A stretch of 30,676 nt of DNA from a virus (IMGVR_UViG_3300025887_000103:1-30676); one strand, 5' to 3'. Shown: positions 18,484 through 25,950, counted from the first letter of the stretch. The notes: generated by a model not told the origin, from the sequence alone. Translations and numbers: made by a program.

Positions 18484-18667
18484 ACTTCTCCCTCCACATC
18501 TTCACTTCCTCCGCAAGCTCAAGGGCAAGCCCCCATAGTCCTAGTATGTGAACCTTCCCTTCCTCGCCCCAATAGGTATCGTGCCCACCTACACCCGCAG
18601 CAACTTCTTCGCTGTCGTCAAAAACATACAATCTCTGTAACGTGTCATAATCTTTCATGGTATTCAT
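18473..18667 (-). CDS. Hypothetical protein
   Basis: 64-aa ORF in operon orientation; the start could also be the Met at 18658 (AGGA upstream). Confidence 0.6.
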   Translation of the reverse strand: MNTMKDYDTLQRLYVFDDSEEVAAGVGGHDTYWGEEGKVHILGLWGLALELAEEVKMWREKYAD

Positions 18668-18740
18668 CCTTTTTTATTAGAGTACTGGTATCAGTTATTA
18701 ATCGCATTAGCCGGCTTTTGAAATTTCCTGTGCTTGTCGC

Positions 18741-19016
18741 TTATCGTTCTATCCAAAAAGTAGTCTCGTCAATACGCCTACCAACACCTTCTATGGATGG
18801 AGTAGGCGGAACGGTGTCGCACAGAGACAGCACCGCTATCCGTCCGACTACCCATTCCGGTAACTCTTCCATATCATAGTATCGAGGACTCCCATAGTCA
18901 ACACATCCCATGCCTATACATGCTACTTCGACCCTGTTCGTGTTAATGTGTATACACACTCTATATATAGAACCAGAGGACACAAGTTCGTCCCAAATTG
19001 TATCAACAGATGACAT
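18741..19016 (-). CDS. Hypothetical protein (91 aa; start reassigned to MSSVDT), paralogous to the C-terminus of the upstream gene
   Basis: The ATG at 19016 overlaps the upstream gene end; it shares LPE..G..AVL..C...GVG.R.DE.TF with the upstream protein. Confidence 0.7.
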   Translation of the reverse strand: MSSVDTIWDELVSSGSIYRVCIHINTNRVEVACIGMGCVDYGSPRYYDMEELPEWVVGRIAVLSLCDTVPPTPSIEGVGRRIDETTFWIER

Positions 19017-19989
19017 AGAATGTATTCTCGTCATAGCGATACCCAACACCCATAACAGCAGAGTTCATGCCGCATACCGTTAACACCGCTAACTTCCCTG
19101 CTATGTCTTCAGGTAAGGTCTCCTCAGTGTACCTACAGTAGTCAGTAGCTTGATCAGTAGACCAGCGGTTCATGCCTATCACAGCCGTGGAGAACTCATG
19201 GGTTTTCTCCCCCATTATCTTTACCTCATGGATCTGCACGCATACAACCTTGTCGGTAACCCGGCTATCCTCGATAGCCTTAACCTCTTTATGTAACCGA
19301 TGCACCTCCTTTAACTTAACCTCAACATCAGGGGACAGGAACGTCATGGTACCCGCATCCATCTGGTAGAACATCTCCACCATTAGAGGGGATTCCGCCA
19401 AGTCCTTACTGAGAAAACTATTTCGTAGCGTACCCAGCAGAGCATTGCACGCAGTATATAGTTCGTCCTCTATCATGTCCGTCTGGAGTGTCATAGCTTC
19501 GTGGTATTCCTCTGACGTAATCTTTGCTAGCTCCTCATGTGTCACCCTGCGTAGGTACTTCTTAGCATTAGCCACGGCCTTCTTAGGGTTAGAGGTCTTG
19601 CAAGTCTGCCGTAGTACAAGATCAGCGTGCCTGTTATTTTTTACGGTATGCGCAGTTACTGTGTACACAAGGCGCTCCCCTCGCTCCGCCGTATACTCCT
19701 TGCCAATGGTTACGTACCCCATACAGTAGGTATCCCCCGGCATGTACACGAACGATTTGAAGTTCCTACTGTCTGCCCCAGACCACACGGCGTGGAACTT
19801 ACACCCCCTAAAGGCTTTCTTTATCGCTGCCGTAAACTCTACACCCGCTGCCTCTAAGTCGTTCTGTGGAGTCTCGTTGGCTGGCATCTGCAAGCCTGCG
19901 GTTACCTTATCCACCCTCCACAGTGTCACGCGGCTACCGCTATTTATGTTCCCACGTATTCTTGTTGGTTTATTGTGTGTTAGTGTCAT
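19003..19989 (-). CDS. Hypothetical early protein (328 aa; start reassigned to MTLTHNK)
   Basis: ATG at 19989 overlaps the vWA gene stop (TAATG) and has GGAG upstream; the track's extension to 20172 overlaps the vWA gene. Confidence 0.75.
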   Translation of the reverse strand: MTLTHNKPTRIRGNINSGSRVTLWRVDKVTAGLQMPANETPQNDLEAAGVEFTAAIKKAFRGCKFHAVWSGADSRNFKSFVYMPGDTYCMGYVTIGKEYTAERGERLVYTVTAHTVKNNRHADLVLRQTCKTSNPKKAVANAKKYLRRVTHEELAKITSEEYHEAMTLQTDMIEDELYTACNALLGTLRNSFLSKDLAESPLMVEMFYQMDAGTMTFLSPDVEVKLKEVHRLHKEVKAIEDSRVTDKVVCVQIHEVKIMGEKTHEFSTAVIGMNRWSTDQATDYCRYTEETLPEDIAGKLAVLTVCGMNSAVMGVGYRYDENTFYVIC

Positions 19990-21155
19990 TACATATCTCC
20001 CGACTTGATGTGTATTGCAGTACCCGCAGTAGGCACAGCGCTCTTGTTGTCTATCACTGTCCACAACACTGGACAACTCCACTCCCCCCAGTTCCCACAC
20101 AGGTACCCATCTGTTAACACGATACATGCTTGTGGGTTGATACCCTCGGCAGTCATGTACTGCGTGACACAATTGACATCAGTGCCACCACCACCCATAG
20201 GTTTGGTAGACGTGATCAGACCATATAACTCGTCGGTCTTGTATGACTCATCGCCTACTACCTCGTGGCCCCAGTACAATAGCCGAACCTGTTCTGGGTG
20301 TACTGTGTCACAGATAGACTTCACCTCTGATAAAAACGTGGTCAATGTGCGTTTGTTGATAGAACCTGACGTGTCAATGGCAACGACTAGCTCTCCCACA
20401 CTCTGACTGATGCCACTAGGCATGTAGACACCCTGACTCATCAGCCGGCGGTTAGGCCGTGCCCATGTAGAGTAGTCGTTACCCGCACATGTTGTAGAGA
20501 TGAACTCACGCAGTACCTCACGCCAATCTACTTGCGGCTTCAGTAACTCTTCTAGTTCGCGGCTATCTGTACCACCCATCTTACCTGCGGCTAGTGCTCC
20601 CTGACGTATGGCCTCGTCAATGTCACGCGCCAACGCTCCCTTCTCCTCGTCGCTAAGATCTTGAGCGCCCTTCCAATCATGCTCATCCATTCCACCATCA
20701 TCGTCGTTGTCGTTACTCTGACGTATTAGGTTAAACACTTGGGCTGTGTCCATATCCCTGTACTGGGCATCTATCAACCCTCCCTTGGGTATCACAGCGA
20801 AGCCATCGGCGTTGTCATCCATGATCTTGATGTTGATCACATAGTCCATAGCTTGGTTAGCTGTATTAGGGTCAATCTTCCAAAGGTGTTTCCACGTAGT
20901 CAGGTGCTGGTACAGCTTATGGTAGTTCTCATGTAGCACTACCCAACGTAATTCGGCGTCGGTCAGGTTGTCTACAAACTCCCGCCCGTACATCTCATCA
21001 CGACCGTTGGTACAAGCTGTCGGCATATCATTGATAGTCTTCTCACCTATCATTAACACCCCCGCTAATGCCGTGTACTTAGGTTGACTCATGATTGATA
21101 CCAATGCCTTGGACAATCTCTGCTCCGCTGTAAGTTGTTTACCTATTGATAACAT
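19989..21155 (-). CDS. Metallopeptidase-like (HExxH) + vWA domain protein (DUF2201-like)
   Basis: PTACTNG, VLHENYH, ANQAMDYVIN; MIDAS elements IDTSGS, GGGGTD and LTDGY. Confidence 0.85.
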   Translation of the reverse strand: MLSIGKQLTAEQRLSKALVSIMSQPKYTALAGVLMIGEKTINDMPTACTNGRDEMYGREFVDNLTDAELRWVVLHENYHKLYQHLTTWKHLWKIDPNTANQAMDYVINIKIMDDNADGFAVIPKGGLIDAQYRDMDTAQVFNLIRQSNDNDDDGGMDEHDWKGAQDLSDEEKGALARDIDEAIRQGALAAGKMGGTDSRELEELLKPQVDWREVLREFISTTCAGNDYSTWARPNRRLMSQGVYMPSGISQSVGELVVAIDTSGSINKRTLTTFLSEVKSICDTVHPEQVRLLYWGHEVVGDESYKTDELYGLITSTKPMGGGGTDVNCVTQYMTAEGINPQACIVLTDGYLCGNWGEWSCPVLWTVIDNKSAVPTAGTAIHIKSGDM

Positions 21156-21163
21156 ACCGCCTC

Positions 21164-22246
21164 CTATGTCTTGTCTGCTGCGAACATGTAGTTATTTTGC
21201 ATAGCCCACTCGGTAAACTTCTTACTCTGCATGACGATGCTCCGGTGTGCGTAGCTGTCTACCCGTGACCCGTTGGCGAATAGACCCTGCGCTTCCTTGT
21301 CTAGCCGGTTCATGTACAGCACCCAGTTATCTACCCAGTCACGGCTCATGGCACCCAGTGCTCGGTACACCACCATACACACGGCTGACGCTGATACAGG
21401 GACGGTGGCATTGAGCGGGTCATCCTTTATAGACTGCAAGGTCGGTAGCTGGTCGGCCAGTTTGACAAAGGCCATCATGTCCAGCGCGGCTCTCGTACCT
21501 ATAGTGCCTATAAGTAAAGCTGTTAAGGTATTGTCATCCAAGTACTCACGCTGGTGTAGCCAGTCAGATGCCGCCTCTAGTGACCTAGGGGTAACGAACG
21601 CTGCACGCTGCTGCTTGGGGTGGTAGATGTACGGGTTGTCTTCTGGGTCTTTGACATCCTCGAACCCCTGCAATACCTGTGGGAACTCACGTATAAACCC
21701 TAGCACCGATGCGTGCATACCGTTGTTGATGCCATACTCGATCAGCTCTGTGCTGTCTGGCTTACGCATGTTGACCACGGTCATGCGGTTACGGGCATGT
21801 GGCGGTATCATATCTCCCACTCCCTCTGCGCCTAGGTTACTCGTGGCAAATACTATGCTGCCTTCTGGTAACTTCTTAGCACCAACCTTGTGCTCTAGGA
21901 TAGTGATCAGCGTGCCGTTCTTGACCGCTGGATTACCCTTGGCCCACTCGTCGAACATGATAATGACAGGCTTGCCGTGGTGTATCCCGAACTCTTCGTT
22001 GGGCAGGTAGGTCACGTACCCCTCACTAGTGTTGAGCGAGGGTATACTCAGGTCACCTAAGTCCTTGGTAGTACAGTCGAAGTAACACGGTATGTGCTTC
22101 GGGAACTTGTCGGCCAACATCTTTAGCAGTGTTGACTTGCCACTACCCATGTGGCCTTGGACTAATACAGTCCGCTTGTCTCCGCCGGTAGCGATGAGGT
22201 TAACGGTCTGGTCGATAGATAATGCGTACATAGATGTAGTATTCAT
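21164..22246 (-). CDS. MoxR-type AAA+ ATPase
   Basis: Walker A GHMGSGKS, Walker B IIMFDE, sensor ATSN, ARNR arginine finger, TPRS; adjacent to a vWA gene. Confidence 0.88.
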   Translation of the reverse strand: MNTTSMYALSIDQTVNLIATGGDKRTVLVQGHMGSGKSTLLKMLADKFPKHIPCYFDCTTKDLGDLSIPSLNTSEGYVTYLPNEEFGIHHGKPVIIMFDEWAKGNPAVKNGTLITILEHKVGAKKLPEGSIVFATSNLGAEGVGDMIPPHARNRMTVVNMRKPDSTELIEYGINNGMHASVLGFIREFPQVLQGFEDVKDPEDNPYIYHPKQQRAAFVTPRSLEAASDWLHQREYLDDNTLTALLIGTIGTRAALDMMAFVKLADQLPTLQSIKDDPLNATVPVSASAVCMVVYRALGAMSRDWVDNWVLYMNRLDKEAQGLFANGSRVDSYAHRSIVMQSKKFTEWAMQNNYMFAADKT

Positions 22247-22275
22247 AATGTTTATTCCTAAAAGTTATATGGTTT

Positions 22276-22293
22276 GTTATAACGTGTTATAAC
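22276..22293. promoter_or_regulatory. Double-palindrome box GTTATAAC-GT-GTTATAAC (copy 1)
   Basis: About 30 bp upstream of the AAA gene start. Confidence 0.8.
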
Positions 22294-22328
22294 AGTAGAC
22301 ACCTACTGCTGTGTTGTAGTTACCTGTG

Positions 22329-23243
22329 TTACATGTCCAACGATGGTAGAGACTTGATCGCCGCATCCACTGCTGCCTTGGTCTTGACGCGCAGGCTCTC
22401 GTTGTTCTTGAGTCCGTCCGTAGTGACGCCGCGCAGTGCTTCTTCTAGCCGTATCCGCATGGCCTCCATCTGGCTGTCGCCAGTGACGTTACATATACCC
22501 AGCATGTCAACCATGTCGAGCACGTTGTCCACCAAGGTACTGTGGAACCGCTTCTTCTTATCGTCGCCGCTGTAGTCCAGCCGGTCAGACATATTAGACA
22601 GGGATGTGTACATGCGCTTCCACACGTCGTTCATAGCCGAGGTCAACTGCTTGGTATAGTAGGCGGTGTAGTGATCCTCCAATACCTGCCGTTGCTCGTT
22701 GCCTACATCAACACGGAAATCCCCTGCATCAGGTAGTGGCACGTAGCTGACGTTGAACGCGAACTTAGACGCTAGTGACATCTGGGTTGGGTAGTCGTCC
22801 CGCACGAACAAGTCGCCTAACCGTGCCTGTGCTCTGGATATCTCCCAGTCGTAGGTCGTGACGAACGCTGCGCTTATACTGTGGAACTCATTTTGGAGTT
22901 CGGTCATCTGCTTGTGGTACGCGAAGTACTGCGCTGTTGGCAGTAGTCTCATGCCTGTGTCTGACCACGGCATTGTCATGCTGTAGTGTATGTTCCGCGC
23001 ATTAGCGGTGAACTTGTGGATGGCGTCCAGCTCCTCGCAGTGCCCGAGTAACTTCTTATTGACCGCAGCCGTGCCCTTGTCGGCGTAGTTCTGGCTGGTC
23101 ACTGTGGCGCTTGCACGCTTGTCTTTCTTGCGCCCTGTCCACTGGGAGATCTGAAGTTCTACCAGCATGGCGCTTGAGCCGATGCTAGGTGCTGCCGATG
23201 CCAAGGTTACCGCTGCTGTTGATACTGTGTTGATCATGTTCAT
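22329..23243 (-). CDS. DUF3150-like helical early protein
   Basis: 304-aa ORF; LVELQISQWTGRKKD, TMPW..G.RLLP and DYP....KF pattern; next to an AAA/vWA pair. The family call is from recall. Confidence 0.6.
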   Translation of the reverse strand: MNMINTVSTAAVTLASAAPSIGSSAMLVELQISQWTGRKKDKRASATVTSQNYADKGTAAVNKKLLGHCEELDAIHKFTANARNIHYSMTMPWSDTGMRLLPTAQYFAYHKQMTELQNEFHSISAAFVTTYDWEISRAQARLGDLFVRDDYPTQMSLASKFAFNVSYVPLPDAGDFRVDVGNEQRQVLEDHYTAYYTKQLTSAMNDVWKRMYTSLSNMSDRLDYSGDDKKKRFHSTLVDNVLDMVDMLGICNVTGDSQMEAMRIRLEEALRGVTTDGLKNNESLRVKTKAAVDAAIKSLPSLDM

Positions 23244-23274
23244 AGTGTGTATTCCTTAAAGGTTTAGTTGGTTT

Positions 23275-23292
23275 GTTATAACGTGTTATAAC
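23275..23292. promoter_or_regulatory. Double-palindrome box (copy 2)
   Basis: About 32 bp upstream of the DUF3150-like gene start. Confidence 0.8.
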
Positions 23293-23303
23293 CAGTGGGT
23301 AGT

Positions 23304-24044
23304 TTATGCGGCTATTCTTGCGATTAGTCGCGGTTTGTTGGACATGACGACAGTACCGCCATGCAGTGGAATGTAGATAGATGCTTTCCTTCCGTCAGCA
23401 CCACCACACGCACCACAGTCTATACACTGTAGCTTCTTACCTGCCTCCTTCGATGCTGGGCACAGCACCTCACCTGCTAACTTCTCATCCCCTACACGGA
23501 ATGATCTGTACCCTAGCTGTCGTGCATGGGCAACGTCGTCGGGCGTGTCTGCACTTGCCATCACTAGCTTGGCCCATGCTTTGGCTATCGTGCGCCATTG
23601 GTGCGAATACCCTGTCGTTATGCTTGCCAGCCGCTTGAGGTTATGCCACACCTCTATTGGCGCGGCCACGGGGTCACCGTATGTTCCGACCCTAACGGCT
23701 CTGCCCTCCAAGTACTTATCATGCACTGCTGGGTCGTACACTGGGTAACTGCCACGCAAGAACGCCTTATACACGGTAGTCTGCGCCTGATAGACCGTTA
23801 CATAGCAGGTTCTATGCTTGCCCGTACCATCACCACGATGGACGCAGTCACCACAAATACTGCTGTCTTTGCCCTCCTGTATAGCGGCTACAGGTAACAT
23901 GTCTGCACGTAGTATGTGGGTCTGCACCATGTCTCCGGTCTTGCCGTTACGACTACTATGTAACCCCGTGGCAATCACCACGATAGGCGCACCGTCCAGC
24001 AGTGATGGGCCTTGATACAAAATAACTCCGCTTGGTTTTTTCAT
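23304..24044 (-). CDS. Cys-rich conserved phage protein, possible Fe-S/metal enzyme
   Basis: NGKTG, ICGDC..CY, RVGTYGDP, GYSHQW, MASAD, CPA....CIDCGAC, HG; AGGAG RBS. Confidence 0.7.
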   Translation of the reverse strand: MKKPSGVILYQGPSLLDGAPIVVIATGLHSSRNGKTGDMVQTHILRADMLPVAAIQEGKDSSICGDCVHRGDGTGKHRTCYVTVYQAQTTVYKAFLRGSYPVYDPAVHDKYLEGRAVRVGTYGDPVAAPIEVWHNLKRLASITTGYSHQWRTIAKAWAKLVMASADTPDDVAHARQLGYRSFRVGDEKLAGEVLCPASKEAGKKLQCIDCGACGGADGRKASIYIPLHGGTVVMSNKPRLIARIAA

Positions 24045-24061
24045 AACTTACTCTCCTGTTT

Positions 24062-24079
24062 GTTATAACGTGTTATAAC
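24062..24079. promoter_or_regulatory. Double-palindrome box (copy 3)
   Basis: Between the consensus promoter and the RBS of 24044. Confidence 0.8.
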
Positions 24080-24130
24080 AGTGCTATTGTTGCGTTGGGG
24101 AAATTTAACTTTTTTTTGACTTGAGAAGGT

Positions 24131-24159
24131 ATTATAGAGCATCTATCAGCTTATGTCAA
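24131..24159 (-). promoter_or_regulatory. Perfect-consensus sigma70 early promoter TTGACA-17-TATAAT
   Basis: + strand TGTCAA at 24154-24159 and ATTATA at 24131-24136, with a 17-bp spacer. Confidence 0.92.
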
Positions 24160-24300
24160 GTTCTACACAAACGTGTTATATAGTGATACACGTACCACCT
24201 ATGTTGTGTAACGGTGTTGTTTGGTGAAGTGATAATGGGCAGGAAAAAAAGTCTAGCTGTCGAGGTGTATGTAGAGTTGCTGGGGTGTTGCGAGAAGTGT

Positions 24301-24695
24301 ATTGTTCCATATTGTTCCACATTGTTCCAAGGTGTAGGTCGGTAAGTCCTTGATAAGTAAGGAATGTTCCAAAGTGACATTTATCTCAGGATTACTTCGG
24401 TTTGAAGATTTGAACGGAGAGATTGGAACAAAGGGTAGGGAGCGCGTTAAAATGTTGCCGGATAAATATAATCTGTACTTTTGGAACATTACAATTAATA
24501 TTTTATAAAAATAAATAATAATGAACTTCTGCTCAAAGGGCTTAGGGCATACCTCGTCACTAACTACCACGAGCTACCACGTTTTACCACGAAACTATAA
24601 TGTTCCAAAACGTACTTTTATTTTGGAACAATAGGCGAAATCTTGGAACAATACCCCTATATCTTGGAACAATACCCCTTTTGCTTGGAACAATA
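24301..24695. repeat. Iteron-like TGTTCC/GGAACA field around an AT-rich core (candidate replication origin)
   Basis: ATTGTTCCA x3 at 10-bp period (24301-24329); TTGGAACAATA x4 at 24623, 24643, 24664 and 24685; 13-bp inverted repeat at 24479-24491/24598-24610; AT-rich stretch at 24489-24522. Confidence 0.75.
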
Positions 24696-24701
24696 GGTTT
24701 T

Positions 24702-24719
24702 GTTATAACGTGTTATAAC
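24702..24719. promoter_or_regulatory. Double-palindrome box (copy 4)
   Basis: Between the iteron field and the 32-bp repeat triplet. Confidence 0.8.
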
Positions 24720-24729
24720 TTCTGCCTGT

Positions 24730-24859
24730 GAGGCGCTCCGCAGAACATACTACTGGTATCAGGCGATGCCTAAACGTGTCAGAGGCGCTCCGCAGAACAT
24801 ACTACTGGTATCAAGTACGGGAGACGAGAGGCGCTCCGCAGAACATACTACTGGTATCA
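24730..24859. repeat. Three identical 32-bp repeats GAGGCGCTCCGCAGAACATACTACTGGTATCA with unique 20- and 14-bp spacers
   Basis: Copies at 24730-24761, 24782-24813 and 24828-24859. Confidence 0.95.
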
Positions 24860-24872
24860 AAAAATTAAGGCG

Positions 24873-24897
24873 AAAAAAAACCCCGCCGAAGCGGGGC
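24873..24897 (-). terminator. Rho-independent terminator (CCCCGC-UUCG-GCGGGG-U8)
   Basis: GC stem with a cUUCGg tetraloop and U8 tail on the - strand, directly after the 48-aa ORF stop. Confidence 0.92.
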
Positions 24898-24901
24898 TGG
24901 A

Positions 24902-25048
24902 TTAAGCTGTTACTATTGTGGTGATAAGGATCACGGCCATACCCCATATAATTATGTATGCCATTATAATCCCTCGCCAGTATTGCCGCTCGGCTCTCTC
25001 GAATTGCTTTTCTGCTAAGTACTTCAAGGCTGCTGTTTGGTCACGCAT
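24902..25048 (-). CDS. 48-aa single-pass membrane protein (MRDQTAALKYLAEKQFERAERQYWRGIIMAYIIIWGMAVILITTIVTA), not in the ORF track
   Basis: GGAGA RBS; C-terminal ~23-aa hydrophobic helix; followed directly by the terminator. Confidence 0.7.
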   Translation of the reverse strand: MRDQTAALKYLAEKQFERAERQYWRGIIMAYIIIWGMAVILITTIVTA

Positions 25049-25066
25049 GTTATTCTCCAAAATTGT

Positions 25067-25084
25067 GGGGCCATTGCTGGCCCC
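25067..25084 (-). other. Intergenic RNA hairpin GGGGCCA-GCAA-UGGCCCC (GNRA loop)
   Basis: Perfect 7-bp stem between the 191-aa and 48-aa ORFs; no clean U tract directly after it. Confidence 0.6.
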
Positions 25085-25090
25085 GGTTGA

Positions 25091-25666
25091 TTACTTAGCG
25101 GCCAGTATCAATGCCGCCGCCTTCATTAGTTTGACAAACTCGTTTACGTTAAACGATGGATCGTCGCACCCTTGCGCCTTTTTAGTCGCGCTAACTATCA
25201 ACTCGAGCAACTTTACATTGACGCCTTTACCAGTATCGCTGGCCTCGCTGGCCTCACCTGTTGGTTGTTGAGCTGCCCTAGTCTTAGGGGCGGCCGGTGC
25301 TTGCCGTGCCTTTAAGTCGCGCTTAAACGCCCCCATAAACGCGCCCACCGATTGCTGCTTCAACCGTTTAGCTGCCGAGTTGTCATCGTTCAGCGCCTTG
25401 GTGGGTGTCGACAATAGCTTGCGATCGCTAGCGCTAAACCCCTCGACAATGGCCGCCTTCAATGCTTTGTGCAATTCAGGCGTTGACGTTGACCCCTCGC
25501 CGCTCGGCGCTATAAAGTCTGTCCATAACATACCATCGGCAACCAGTTGATCGACTGTCGCGCTGGTGCGGCCATTAGCTTTGATCTGGCTCGCTGTCGC
25601 GCTGGTGATAGCCTTGCGACCGTTTACTGTAAGGCGTGCGGGTATTGCATTGGTTTCGTTTCTCAT
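25091..25666 (-). CDS. First gene of the early arm; Ala/Lys-rich hypothetical protein
   Basis: 191-aa ORF with GAGAG upstream of the ATG; outermost leftward gene. Confidence 0.75.
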   Translation of the reverse strand: MRNETNAIPARLTVNGRKAITSATASQIKANGRTSATVDQLVADGMLWTDFIAPSGEGSTSTPELHKALKAAIVEGFSASDRKLLSTPTKALNDDNSAAKRLKQQSVGAFMGAFKRDLKARQAPAAPKTRAAQQPTGEASEASDTGKGVNVKLLELIVSATKKAQGCDDPSFNVNEFVKLMKAAALILAAK

Positions 25667-25766
25667 AATGTATGCTCTCTAGTTGCTGCCGGCATCATTG
25701 CTCGACATGGATATACATTAACACGTTTACCTATTAAAGCAAGGCATTGATCACCGCTCGGCATTA

Positions 25767-25784
25767 GTTATAACGCGTTATAAC
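25767..25784. promoter_or_regulatory. Double-palindrome box (copy 5, GC spacer, inverted flank)
   Basis: GTTATAACGCGTTATAAC followed by AAAAC, i.e. inverted relative to copies 1-4. Confidence 0.8.
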
Positions 25785-25950
25785 AAAACGACAGACCTCG
25801 ACACCCACCCGCCCCCTATGACCCCTTCTCAGGAAAATTCCCGGCGGGGCTATAGTATTACCAATTTACTCAAATAAATCACTTTTTCCCAAGTTCGGTA
25901 CCCCACCCCCCTCTATAAGGGAACACCCCCCGCCTTTATTTAATTGTTGG

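Noticed and set aside
19990-20172. N-terminal extension of the 19003 ORF given in the track
   Set aside because: It overlaps the vWA domain coding region; an RBS-supported ATG at 19989 coupled to the vWA stop is more plausible.
24156-24570. ORFs 24156-24380 and 24253-24570 (and 24759-24947)
   Set aside because: They run through repeat, AT-rich and terminator sequences, have atypical composition and lack a convincing RBS.
24762-24827. Self-targeting by the array spacers
   Set aside because: By eye only ~9-bp matches were found elsewhere in the window (e.g. AAACGTGTC, AGTACGGGA), which is expected by chance.
24730-24859. Canonical CRISPR array
   Set aside because: Only three repeats, spacers of 20 and 14 bp, no cas1/cas2 or effector genes; kept as an unexplained repeat array instead.
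25715-25742. Promoter for the 25666 gene (TTGCTT-16-TAATGT with TG extension, - strand)
   Set aside because: Plausible by position, but the match and spacing are too weak to list as a feature.
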